From Laetmonice hystrix (Eukaryota): 64,000 bases of DNA. The stretch spans positions 18,166,001 to 18,230,000 of the forward strand of contig OZ249444.1 in assembly GCA_965235115.1 (NCBI GenBank). The letters are read 5' to 3'. The position numbers were made by a program, and so were the translations under genes. Shown here piece after piece: positions 23,546 to 36,813 of this stretch (positions within the stretch are counted from its first letter, which is position 1; each line of letters begins with the position of its first letter). The notes beneath the pieces were generated by a model, which was not told the DNA's origin, made no database searches, and saw only the letters and a program-made list of their open reading frames with translations.

Positions 23546-25867
23546 GTTGTTTTCCATGTCTACCAACATATGACGCGAAACGTTATAACAGACAATTTTC
23601 TGGTTGATTCGACTTTCTTTGACAAGTCCGACTGGAAGTAACACGTTTTGTGAAAGGCCTAACATTAGGCAATTTTATTTCTTCATCAATCTGAATTGGA
23701 GTAATCAAAAACATGAAACGCGAATTTATTATCTAATTTCGAATCCACTCAGCTTAGCCTTATCTCACTCCTCTGTCGCTGGTCGCTGATTTGCCACAGC
23801 TCGGAGCCGAATTAACATTTATTGAACACGCAACTTTGTAATGAGTGAAGAGACGGGTATCGGCATGTAACCTTCCATGGGGTTCCCCATCATCACCGTC
23901 TCATAACCAGCCCGGGGAACGCTGGCCGACTGGCTGGGAGAATTCATTCTACCTGCCCAGGTAGAGTTCGCAATCCAGATAGATTAGCTATATCAGAAAC
24001 CTCATGCTATAATTATATAGGAGCAACATGGATTTTTTTCTGGATGTATCTCAGCAAGTATAAAATGTATGTAAAGTCTGTCTGTAAGTGTGTAAGTCTG
24101 TCCTACTTACGACTAGTTCTGAAAGGTTCCTGGATTTAAGACTCGGAGTGAACGTAAATTTGCTGGTTGCCCGTTTATGTAGAGGCATGTTTACATATTT
24201 GACCATGCTGACTGGGCGATCACGGTCTACATAATCCCGTATTATGGTAAGCATCCATGTGCACTCAACATAACAGGCAGGCTGCCATGTGTCCTTTATA
24301 GCCTATTATCAGATGATTAAGTTCCCCAGCTCTTATCGCCTGTCACCAGTACTCTCAGAGGATCCAAGCTACACATGAAAACGACTCAACCCATCCCTGC
24401 GAGAGCCCCCACTGCCCCAAAACATGACATGTTCAGCTATTTATCTATAGGTGTTGGGTAATAAATAATTTGGCTAATTATCAACCAAAGATCTGAGGCA
24501 CGAGCCGGGCAGATTTGAATTCAACTTAATCCTTTACTGAACCATCCCAGCATGGAGCCAATGATTAATGAGTGAGGCCCGTTTGACATGCTCGCTATTT
24601 TTCATATTTACATGGAGAAAAACGGGAAACAATTCACCCATCTCCGTGGTCGTTTGGGTGTCAGTCCCCACAGACTGCGGCATACGGCAGCGGTCCCCGC
24701 AGACTGCGGCAGAAGGCATGCGGCGTGGTGGGAACATGTGTTGTTCACCAGTCTCTAGACGACAACTCCTCGTCCAACGTCTATTGTTCTCACTTATGAT
24801 TAATTCATTTACCTCCAATATTTCTGAACTTTCGACTTTTACAAGAAGCCAAACAGAAAAGTTGTCATTTTCATACAAAATGAAAATGTTTAAAAACACT
24901 TATTTAAATCTGGTACCCATTTTGTCACATGATCACAGGGATGTTAAAGCATTGGAATCTAATCGCTTGTCATAGACCTATTTATTGCTCTGCGTATACT
25001 GATGTTTAATGGGATGTAAAATATAAGGGTGTTATAACTTGGCTTCAATAAACAATGGCTTTATAAGTATTTCACATATAAAGCGGATAACCAGTATACG
25101 AGAAAAGATGATTTCATTACACTAATACTGGTCCTCTTAATTCTACTTTGATTCAACACTTTTTGTATCACCCAAAACATTTACATAAAGTATAGTCCTA
25201 CATGTATATCATTACTGTACATTAACCTAAAAAAACCATCGTATTCAACCCTATAATTAATTAATGTCCAACATTAAGTCATCACAAAAGTTAGCAGATA
25301 TAGCCTGGTAATTAAAGGGAACTAAATGTAGCGACAGCCCCGAGTGGTATTTCTCTGGTCGTCAATCATGATGCCTGTTAATCAGTTTGCTTTACAACAA
25401 AAACCTCTTGTAGAACAAAAGACACATCTGCTCAATATATTAATGTCTGTATCTGGCTTCCATAGCCACAATGCCGCTGGTATTTTAGTATAGGCACTAT
25501 TATATGAATCAGTCTCAGCACCAGCATTCACCAACCACTTAGTAACACCTGCATCGTTCGGACAAGACTCAATGCATCTGAATGTTACATACCGGGGTAT
25601 ATATCTGCTGTTGGTTTGTGAAGTTAAAGAAATACAGGTTACGGGTGTTCTCCGGGTAAGGATGGGTGAGAAGTAATAGATGATGATGTTTTTTACGTTG
25701 TTTAAAACTTTTCTGATATGATGGAATTGTTCGGATGAAACACTACAGTTTGGAACGGTTCCTGCCGGAACAATTCGGTCATGAAAACTCATAGATTCCT
25801 GCAGAATTCAACCAAAGTTTATTTCCACGAAACTGACTGCGAGAAGTAAAGTCTGGGATGATCTCAC

Positions 25868-26078
25868 CTATATTGACGTCCTTGGGTGTCTGGCAGGTGT
25901 AACCACAGCCGTTGTCACAGCACCGTTTGATTCCCTCACACTGACCGTCCAGTTGACAGTTCTCCACACACGCCGCCTCAAACTGACTGGCGTCCTCAGG
26001 CCGTGGACACGTGCCCGGCCGTACTGTACGTACGTGTTTCAGGAACCGACACGACTGCTCACAATCGTCCTCCTGGTC
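25868..26078 (-). CDS. ANOS1: Anosmin-1 exon B, end of Cys-rich region plus WAP domain: DQEDDCEQSCRFLKHVRTVRPGTCPRPEDASQFEAACVENCQLDGQCEGIKRCCDNGCGYTCQTPKDVNI(G)
   Basis: Acceptor tttatgttacag, donor G|gtgaga, 211 nt, phase 0/1. All eight WAP cysteines are present, including the KRCCxNGCGxTC motif. Confidence 0.97.
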
Positions 26079-26715
26079 CTGTAACATAAACCACCATTGC
26101 TCAGAGATAACCTTTTAATTACATCAATTTATTTGTTAGTTAATTAATTGCTCAGGGTTTGTGTGAACATGTATTGGTCTTCAACTATGCAGTCCGGGTC
26201 ATATCGTGCTTTGACTGGTGCAGGAAAACGGAGTCCTATAGGGAGAACAGCAACCTGCAGCAGGTATTTGATCAGTAACTTACATAAAGGGATTCAAACA
26301 CGGGAGTGAGCCTGTAATCACTCGCCAAACGTTTACACCGCTCAGCTAGTGGGGCACCTCAGTGAACGTTACACTAACTTCCGATCAGAATATTGAGGCT
26401 CACATTGTCCCTCTGAATAAAGACACTCACATCACAAGTAGCTAGAAATATGAGAAATACCGCAAAGGTTCTGATTCAGCCACTCCGAAAGAGTAAATAT
26501 GGGGGGGTGGGGACCTTGGCCATCCCAGCAGCAGAATCAATAAGAACAACTGTTCTGTGGAAGAAGTCAAGTGAGTCAAACGAGTCATGTGACCAGTACA
26601 TTAGAGCTGTTAGCGGCCACTCTGAGGGCGCGACATGAGTCAGCCAGTAGACAGACAGTCAACTCCAGACCAAGGGTCCCACGGTCCCTCCTCTCTCGGG
26701 ACTGAGAGACTCGGG

Positions 26716-27775
26716 ACGTCGTTCATGTTTCATCTCGACCCTGATCCATTCCTATCTCGGCGTAACGAGTGATGATGACTCCAGCGTTACCATTGACAAC
26801 GTCGTTCATGTTTTATCTCGACCCTGATCCATTCCTATCTCGGCGTAACGAGTGATGATGACTTCAGCGTTACCATTGACAATGTCGTTCATGTTTCATC
26901 TCGACCCTGATCCATTCCTATCTCGGCATAACGAGTGATGATGACTCCAGCGTTACCATTGACAACGTCGTTCATGTTTCATCTCGACCCTGATCCATTC
27001 CTATCTCGGCATAACGAGTGATGATGACACCAGCGTTACCATTGACAACGTCGTTCATGTTTTATCTCGACCCTGATCCATTCCTATCTCGGCATAACGA
27101 GTGATGATGACTCCAGCGTTACCATTGACAACGTCGTTCATGTTTCATCTCGACCCTGATCCATTCCTATCTCGGCGTAACGTGTGACGATGACTCCAGC
27201 GTTACCATTGACAACGTCGTTCATGTTTTATCTCGACCCTGATCCATTCCTATCTCGGCGTAACGAGTGATGATGACTCCAGCGTTACCATTGACAACGT
27301 CGTTCATGTTTCATCTCGACCCTGATCCATTCCTATCTCGGCGTAACGAGTGATGATGACTCCAGCGTTACCATTGACAACGTCGTTCATGTTTTATCTC
27401 GACCCTGATCCATTCCTATCTCGGCATAACGAGTGATGATGACTCCAGCGTTACCATTGACAACGTCGTTCATGTTTCATCTCGACCCTGATCCATTCCT
27501 ATCTCGGCGTAACGAGTGATGATGACTCCAGCGTTACCATTGACAACGTCGTTCATGTTTCATCTCGACCCTGATCCATTCCTATCTCGGCGTAACGAGT
27601 GATGATGACTCCAGCGTTACCATTGACAACGTCGTTCATGTTTCATCTCGACCCTGATCCATTCCTATCTCTGCATAACGAGTGATGATGACTCCAGCGT
27701 TACCATTGACAACGTCGTTCATGTTTCATCTCGACCCTGATCCATTCCTATCTCGGCGTAACGAGTGATGATGAC
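26716..27775. repeat. Tandem array, 83-bp unit, about 12.8 copies
   Basis: Unit gtcgttcatgtttcatctcgaccctgatccattcctatctcggcgtaacgagtgatgatgactccagcgttaccattgacaac. Confidence 0.98.
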
Positions 27776-28292
27776 GGTGTGTCTAAATCAAACGATCTGT
27801 GCCATCCGTGAACTATTGTCTGATGATCGCCCTCCACCCGACCACCACCACCGCCACCACCACCACTCGGCCACCACCGTGAGGGCAGCACACATGATGG
27901 ATCAGGATAACTCATTGACGGTGTCACTTCATGCAAGCGTCTTTTCATCGGTCAGTTTGGACATTAAGTGGGGACGGCCACCGGAGCTTTCAACCCGCCT
28001 TCATTTTAAAACGCTGCTTATTGTGATTTATTGGAATATATTGGAAGGAATTCTTTCTGATTGCAGAAGAATACAAAGGGAAAGGGCATTCAAAACTTGG
28101 CAAGAGCAGGAATCTGTGGCCAATCGATGACTAAAAAGTACCAATTTATAAAACTGCCTTATTAGACAGTAAGTCTAACGAACAAAACTTGCAGCACTGA
28201 GACAGGGTAAAACATCCTTCTTTTACACTTAAGATTTCAAGAATCAATATTTTTAATTATCAGTATTTTGTCAAGCTTGGTATACCCCTGTG

Positions 28293-28461
28293 CAGGCACG
28301 GATCCAGGATTTAAAAAATAGAATGGCACAGACAGGCACTGAGACGTTCTGACGTCGCCCTTAGAAGGTCACATTAATGCCGCGGTTTTTGTATTGAACA
28401 AAATATAAACTATGCTCGGCCAAGGGGGAGGAGCCTGTGCCCCCCGTATCGGTATATGCTG
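28293..28461. mobile_element. Possible degenerate MITE (CAGG..CGGATCCAGG-type terminal repeat)
   Basis: The left end caggcacggatccaggattt and the right-end block gggggaggagcctgtgccccccgtatc...ctg resemble common invertebrate MITE ends. The right TIR is poorly conserved and no clear TSD was seen. Confidence 0.4.
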
Positions 28462-29865
28462 TGAAAATAGGCTGTAATTTCTCAATGACAAACCAGTTGG
28501 CTTTCTAGCAGTAACTTTCCCGTTTAATAAATGTTGCACAGTTCAGAAAATACTCAATCCCTTATACTAATCCTTTCCACCCGTTACGAAAATATTTACA
28601 GCTTTACTACAATTACACTGTAGATTAGTACAGTTGAATCCTCCTAAGTAACGTGCCTCTACGCTCACAAATTTCATTCCATGCATACATGTGTGCTTTT
28701 ATTCCTTTATCATTGCTAATCTCCTCCTCAATCTTCAATCTCAAACTTCAACACTACAATGACGTCTGTATTTACTTAGAGTGTAAATCTTTATCTTCTA
28801 CTCTAATGTCCTTATAATTGTATTATCACTGTTGGCAGAATTACACCGATATCCAACTATATAATTAAATCTAACGTATGTTTCTATCACCTTTTCGTTC
28901 ACAATATAATTAAGACGGTGTGAATATTATACATCATTCATAACTCGTATTCCGTTTCACTCTAATACCTCGGAGAGTTAGAACGTATGTATCAGAGAAC
29001 ACAAAATATAGCTGTTGGCATCTAGACATAATGTACATATAGACTATAGAGAATAAATGACTTGTAACAAAGACACATCAACGTTCTTTCCCCACAGTAG
29101 TAGAGTGGAAATTGAGTTGCTTAGTTTTACCTCGCTATCTGTCATCTCGTACATGTTATCTTACCATTGCATACCGTCAGCCACTCCTAATGTCATAATG
29201 ATGTTACCACCACAAAGAGGCGGCAAAGTCTTGTTCTGATCTTCTGCATTTACTCATTTACTTAACCAGATTTCCTTAATGTGCTGGCCTCCTTGCAGCT
29301 CTGTCTTAAGCTTACGCTGTCAGTAAGGAAAGCACATTAAGCTGAAAACTGCGCCATGAAACAAAACACATCTGACTTTTATCCTTCCCTAGCTCCAGCC
29401 TTTGAGAAGAACTCTCACTGTCAGCGCAAATGTTCGCCAAGCGTAACCCGTGAAAACATGAATGCATAAGACATGAATAATGGATAGGCAGTCTTGCATT
29501 CCTTGAGTATCATGAATGTTCTTAAGGATTTCTCAAACTCTGCTTGAGATGTCTTTCCTATAGTGCGGACTCTGTGTGTCTTCATGATTTTAGATCTCAA
29601 TTTATAAATTGTGTGTCCACTGAGTCAGTCCGCTTCCTGGCTCGGTGAGTTGTACACGAGATGGTCGGAAACAATTTCGTTATTTTCATTTTTATTTCAG
29701 CGGGAACCCTACAAGCGAATCTACAAACTCTGTCCACTTTTCTTTCATTTATCTTTCCCCCTGTCTCTGGCCCTCCCCCCGGTCCTCTCAGTATAGTATT
29801 AGCGTCATCCGTCCACGACACCACCAGGCCGTCCATCAGGGTCTGTTTGCACAACTCCTCGACGG

Positions 29866-29879
29866 GCGCCCCCTGGTGG
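29866..29879 (-). promoter_or_regulatory. CTCF-like motif (CCACCAGGGGGCGC)
   Basis: Exact match to the canonical CTCF core on the minus strand, inside a GC-rich island. Confidence 0.5.
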
Positions 29880-32387
29880 GGACGCCGCACACCGTATCGC
29901 CATGGCCACGTTTGGCCAGCTGTTGCTGGCATGACTCCCGCTCTCAGCGTCATTAATCCCGCCCTGTTGGCGGTAAGTGGTTTAAGAATGATCCGCAAAC
30001 TGATGACCTTCCCCTCCGACAATGCAAGCGAACCCCACCGCTCCTACTAGGTCCTCGTTCACGTAACAAACCGCACAACACGTTCCACATTGTTCGTTTT
30101 TAACTAATTTAACGAAGCACCGGTTTTAACTGGATACATATCGGACAACGCTGGGAAACTGTACCGGTTGTATGCCGATATAGGAACCACTACCAGTGGT
30201 ATCGACTGCTGGATGGAGTAAATGTGTACATTTAGTTGAAGCCAGCAGATTAAAGCGATATTTGTTAATGAAAACATTATAGACAATGTTATCATTGACA
30301 TGCCAGTGTCACGACTAACAGATGTTACTAACATCATGACGTGAGCACGTCTGATTTATTGCCACAGACAGATGATTATCAACAAAGTGCCCTTCTACCA
30401 CCGACATAGCTGACGTTACTCCCTCCACATAATGACGACACTGGATGGGATTTGTGACGTTTACCTCACAATGTTTGCCTCGGACTCCCGACAAGCATTC
30501 TTAAAGTACGTCCTGTTTACCACTGCCACTGAAACACTTTAAAAATCAGCGCAAGCGTGGTCCACTCAACAGTTGATAAAGCTATCGAAGGCCTGGGCAG
30601 CGTCCCTGAAGAGGGAGAAAAACGTGTCATTGTATTGTCGGCTAAGAGTTAGCCTGTGCTCGGCTGCTGGAGAAGCTTAAACGATCCACTGTACAAAGAC
30701 ATGAATCACTTAAGTGGATGACGACCGACACTGCCGAGACGACGCGCCAATTACACATCTCCACTGCTGAAGGCACAGTGCCCGATGATGGACAGCATTG
30801 TACACCTCTTCAGACGACCATTAATTGTTTTATTGCGAACGGGAGACGTCCTTGCTCCCATCTCCTGTAGCTTTTTTTCTATTTTTCTCCTGCAAGGAGA
30901 AGGGGGAAGAAGAGGAGGACCGTGTGGGACATCGTAATGGGCTTTTAGGTTTATAAATCTGTGCCGGCGCCGAGTAATCCAAGGATAAAACTACATGTGT
31001 TAGAGGCGGCCCGAGAGAGGAGCGGGTTTGATGAAGATCGCACCGTATTTGGAGGGACTTGTGTTCTCCCATCAACACGTACAGTCCAACAAACCAGATT
31101 GGATCAGGCGCGACGATCCAATTCCGCACAGCTCATTCCTTCAGAAGTAAAAAAAGCGGATGAACTCAATAAGGTGCTGACGATAAAGGCATTATCTATT
31201 AGCAGATACAGATTTCCACTTGGAGGGGTTGTGCAGCTAGTCTACAAAGTCTTGTGTAAGATGTTAAGATTTGTCGTTCACCGCAATAATCTACAACCTT
31301 TGCCAGCAAAGCCTCCCCTCTTGACTCATAGCCGATATTTTAGGCTGCACTTGGGCACAGAACAGAAAAACCTGTACATTAACATGTCATCTAAGACGAT
31401 TCCTAGGGCATTTAGATGGCAATTTTTATTGAATTACTCGTCGCACTAAACATACAGCCCTGGCATCAATCCATAAAGCCTTGAAGCGCCACAAACATAC
31501 ACAACTTATCAAGAGAAGGAAGATAAACTAAAGTAATTCATTCATAAAGTTTGGGATGAAAAGAGATACTTTTATAAAATTACGACATGCTACATTCAAA
31601 GAGATATTTTCCATATGCTACAGCTGGAATACTTTTATTCAATTCCTGGAACAAAGCAACTTTGTATAGTTACTTCCTCATAATGGATTTGTTGCATTCA
31701 TTGCTAAAACAACGGAATAATCCAAATGCAACCATCCTTCTTTCACTCTTACATTCCTTCTACTTCGGGACACATAAGACAGCCTGAAGATACGTTCCCA
31801 TATGTTACGAATATCGCATGCATATCAAACATTTGTTTTTAAAAAGTTGAAACGGCAATGTGCTGTTCTTCTTTAAGTCAAATGTGGACACCCTGGAGAT
31901 ACAGGTGACATCCATTGGTAATCTTTAGATGAGTATCCATGATACGTGTAGTTTTATTTATCAGTTCACCAGTGATGCTACGATGATTAAGGACCTGAGC
32001 CAAGTACCCGGGGGGGGGGTAATTTCCCTACTTTTCACAACCCGGTACCTTGGCATCTTCCCGAGGCTTTGCGTACGTAAGGCATGTTAATGTCCTACAG
32101 ATCACATTCTTGGACTCGCCCCTCAGACCTAAGAACTGAATCCATACGATTGGATAATGCGCGCTATGGGCTGGCGACCAAAGGCCCGATAAACACCGCT
32201 CTGGTCACGACGTGTCCCACCGACAGGCACAGGTTGCCTGTCTTGTTTTGATTTCTATCCTCTTGCTCATAATGATCATTCTCTCTCTAGAAGCCAAACC
32301 AGGAGTGAGATCTGTAACATGTTCAGATAACTCAGGGTTGAATCATATCTCTATCATGAAGCCAAGGACGAGTAGCCCAGACATCCA

Positions 32388-32957
32388 GGTTCTGGAAGTA
32401 CATGGTGGTCCAGACATATAATGTAGATAGGACCTAGGGATGCGACGGAGGTTCCCCAAGCACATGGTGGTCCAGACAGATAGATAGGACCTGGGGATGC
32501 GAAGGAGGCTCTCCAAGCACATGGTGGTCCAGACAGATAGATAGGACCTGGGGATGCGAAGGAGGTTCTCCAAGCACATGGTGATCCAGACAGATAGATA
32601 GGACCTAGGGATGCGAAGGAGGACTCCAAGCACATGGTGATCCAGACAGATAGATAGGACCTGGGGATGCGAAGGAGGACTCCAAGCACATGGTGGTCCA
32701 GACAGAGATAGGACCTGGGGATGCGAAGGAGGTTCTCCAAGCACATGGTGGTCCAGACTGATAGATAGGACCTAGGGATGCGAAGGAGGTTCTCCAAGCA
32801 CATGGTGGTCCAGACAGATAGATAGGACCTCGGGATGCGAAGGAGGCTCTCCAAGTACATGGTGGTCCAGACAGAGATAGGACCTGGGGATGCGAAGGAG
32901 GTTCTCCAAGCACATGGTGGTCCAGACAGAGATAGGACCTAGGGATGCGAAGGTTCT
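32388..32957. repeat. Tandem array, about 57-bp unit (53-61 bp variants), 10 copies
   Basis: Unit ccaagcacatggtggtccagacagatagataggacctggggatgcgaaggaggttct. Length variants arise mainly in the internal gata tract. Confidence 0.96.
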
Positions 32958-35900
32958 TGATGGTGCATCCAGCACTAATCCATTGGAGGACACAATTATA
33001 TTGCATGGCCCACATAGACCCATGGACCCACAGTTACGAGGCCCTGACCCCCCGGCCTTCCCCCCTTCTCCCTTGACGAACCTGACTGCCCCTGAGACAT
33101 GTCAACTCTGATCCACACACACGTCAGACCCCAACCCCAACTGTCATAACCGGCCATGACAGCATTCACTGCTGACAGATCGAGCGGTCACGGGAGAACC
33201 AGACTGATGAAGATTAATCATACATCCAATTAATCCCCCCAATCCACCAGCCCGACTACCTATATAAAGACAGTGAAAGAAACCCCTGTGGTTGGGTGTC
33301 AATGAAGGGGTCTGGCCTGGAGGCCCGAGTGGTAATACTAGCAATGACAGGTGGGCCATGAGTCACACTATCCAGGAACCGCAGAAACCAACTCTAAGCC
33401 TCAGTCCAATCACGTGTGGCACGGATGAGGCCGATTAGGGGATCACAGAGAATGGTGAGGAAACCCAGGTTAGTCCTGGTCACAACTAGTCGATCGAGGT
33501 GACACTAACGGCAAGAAACGATTTCAACAAACCATCGTCTACAAACCCAACCTGGACCCGCACATTTCTGTCTTACGTTATCGGATTATATCCACTGACT
33601 ATTAGGAATAAACATTCCTTGACATCTCCGCTGGGAGACTAACGCAGTGGTTTGGCTGGGACATGAATTTACGGTTAGAAGAGGAATTTATATTGTTCAG
33701 TTTTAGAAAAGACGTCCAGAGTTTTAGCTGGATAATTACTATCATCCAGATCCAACGTAATTCTGACCCGAATTAAGCCTCGCGTGTACTTGGTGAAAGG
33801 TTGCAGGAGAAAACACTACTTTTGAAGACTCTAGTTTTTAATTACTTATCGATGGACGTGTGATAGGTCGTCGAGAAGTTTTGAAGAGCGCCGTCTTTAG
33901 TCCATTTTGGTTGTCCCGCCTCTCCTTCCGACCTTCTGTCTGACTTTCTCAACCTCCAGCCCACTACAGCGTCCCAAAAGCACTCTCTTACCCTGCTTTC
34001 TTACCTCATTGAACTAAGAGTTCCAATTACCTTTGTCTGTCTCAGACCTAAGAGTATTGACAGGCGCAGTGAAGTGGAGGGTATAGGTTTCACTATTGAC
34101 GATGCCAGCCTGCCAGTCGAGTCTGATTGTGGCTAATATGGGCGCCGGCTTGCCAACACAAAGACAAAAAACTCGGGCCAGAATGATGGCCGGTCGGTGT
34201 GGGTTTTATGACAATGGCGTGGTTAAAACAAGGTCAAGAGATGAGAAAACAGGGCCAGGCGTCTGGGTGCTCGCCTCTTTAATCTGGCCACTCGATTGTT
34301 GCCTTTACAACGTATTGGCTGGGCACCCGGCCACAGAGCCAGTCCTACTGACATCAACGGGAAAATGGCCGCCCTTCCTTGCGCATCTTTGAACATGGAG
34401 CATGTAGAGGCTTGGTGGCGAAGGGCGCGGCATCAAAGCTGCAGGTCGATTATTTGAGACATTTTTACCCCCCCCCCCCCCCCAAAAAAAAAACGATTCC
34501 TGATTGCAATCATTAAGAAGATAATGGTATTGGGTACGAAAAAAGTTACAAAGGTGGAATTTCTCGTATGCTAAGACAACATGTTCCTTCTTGAGCAGTT
34601 AGGAAAGCAACAAAGGGAACTGCCCTCGTAACATGTACCCTAGAGCCTGTACCCATGCAGTGAGAGTACTGGGAGGAATCCTGCTGATGTGATCCCTGAA
34701 CACTTCCTGATCAATAGAGCATGGAAACACATGCACCTGTCTCCTGACATTAAAACAGTACTGGTGATTTCCTGAAAGTTGTAAGAAATGGAAGCACCAG
34801 ACCGGTGGTAACAAAGACTTTTCATTAAATCAGACATCATTGATCGGTGAATGTGAAAGGACAGATGGCGAAGGTACCATGGTCCGACTGAGTTCTGGTT
34901 AATTTACCTGTAGATAGGTAGATTCCATCAATGTTCTAATTCCGGGTCCCTCGGATAGTTATCAGTACAATTCCCTAAACTATTACAAGTGTTCTGTCAG
35001 AAATCTGCAACATATTGGATGTCTTGTTCAACAACTCGGCTATTAAAATCAAGGGTTCTATGTCACAAACCTGTATGTTCACAACTTCCATGACCTTTAT
35101 CGTCCACACACAACACTCCTGGCTGGAGGCAGCAACGACGTGCGTGATTCTACCTAGTGGGTATCATCAAAACATGCTAGATGAACTCCCACAGAGTCCA
35201 TGTTAGGGTCACAAAGGTCATCTCCACGTTTCAGAGTCTATCATGCAACCGAAACATCTATTTCATTCTGCCTGCCTCAATGGCGGAGTGAACTGACCGT
35301 TGTGTTTATTGCCAACCTGTGTTCTAACCGGGAACGCTCGTCACTGATGCTCTGGGGGTTGGGTGGGTTCTAACCTGCCACCATCACTCTCTGCTGATCA
35401 CATGACGACCCGCCACAACAAAAGGCCCAAGGAAGCAGGCACCATTCCTTTACTCGCCAGCTGCGGGTTTCTCCGCGCTACAACGCCAGTTGACACGTTA
35501 GGCTCCATGCAGTAATGACTGGTAAATGATGAATTATGAACGGCTTTATGGGAATTGATAGCCGAGTCGTAAGGAACGATCGCGTCGCATGCGGCCTTCA
35601 ACCCTGGCAAAGAATCGACTTTGACCCATTACCAGCCCATAAGGCGAGTATTGTTGCGTCTGGGTGGGAAGCCACAGATTGTTGTGTTGTGGCCGTTACT
35701 GTCAACCGACTGATTGACAGTCACCAAGCTATCGACAAATAACAGTCGTAAAAGACACTTATCGGATGGAATCAGCAGTATCACTGAGAGTAGCGGGCGA
35801 GGGGAGCTGCAATCTCAGCCAGTATGGTACACCCGACACAATATTGTACATGGTCATAATTTACGACTTAACTCAGCGGTGGTCCGATATCAACCCACAC

Positions 35901-36813
35901 TTTATTATTCCACACGTAACATATGCCGTGGCATTTTTACGGCCGCTAATTTGACACATTCACAGTGTACAGTTGGCTCCGGGGCTTAAAGTTGGTTTCA
36001 CTCCGACTATTGGTATAACACAAATGCAAATGCAAGTAATTTGCATCCTTGGCATACTAATCATGTCCTTTGTGATATGCCGCAAGGATTACAAGAGCTC
36101 AGCCTTATAACTTGTGACAGTCTAAGTAGGTCTTCAGAAATGCTTTTAATTAGACTGACTGAAGTCTAAAACGAAGGGATTCTTAGCAGACTCGTTGGGC
36201 AGAATGCCAATAAAAATCGAGATATGATTTATGCACGTGCATATATTATTCACGCTGCAAGCCATCGCCGAATGAAGAAGAATGAATAACTTATAAAGTA
36301 AGACATTATTAGTATGCCATACCGTCTGTCCGACCAAACTTACTTAGTAAATATATTTCAAGGGAATCATTTTGTCCCCAGCCGTAACGTACATCCTGAA
36401 GTCTAGAAGATTGTCTATGGGCCCCCAGGATGCAGTCACATCAGTTCCCAGCACAGTCCCCAGAAACCACCCCCATGTGATTAACGGGGGTCAGTTCTAT
36501 GGAAGAATCCCACGGTTGAGCGAGCAACAATAGATTAAGGACTAATCAGGGGTGTTACGAAGGCCCCCTGACACACACACACACCCCATGTCCGTTTTCC
36601 CCCGGATGAACAAATCACCGTTACTGACTGAACTGCTCGGAATCCTGGATGGAGGTATATTTGTAATCATCGTCCTCTATTGTCCTTCAGGCGTTTAGCC
36701 TCTGTCAGTACATCATTTGAAAGTTGGCTTGGGAGCTGTTCGGTTAAATACATCATGACATTTATCATAATGCCAGCGTATAATACCGTACTATGATATC
36801 TGAGTGAATATAG

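Noticed and set aside
25382-25792. ORF containing CIESCPND, resembling WAP CVENC, just after exon B
   Set aside because: Only two Cys match, nucleotide similarity to exon B is weak, and the possible 29-nt exon has the wrong phase; likely chance.
26689-26702. 14-mer tcctctctcgggac shared with the 40-bp array unit
   Set aside because: Several 14-mer coincidences are expected in 64 kb, and the similarity does not extend.
30961-31449. Longest non-repeat ORF (162 aa, + strand)
   Set aside because: No recognisable domain, non-ATG start in the sequence, and within chance expectation for six frames of 64 kb. A BLASTP or RNA-seq hit would reopen it.
32343-33023. Overlapping ORFs with LRIPRSYL repeats
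   Set aside because: Translation of the 57-bp array.
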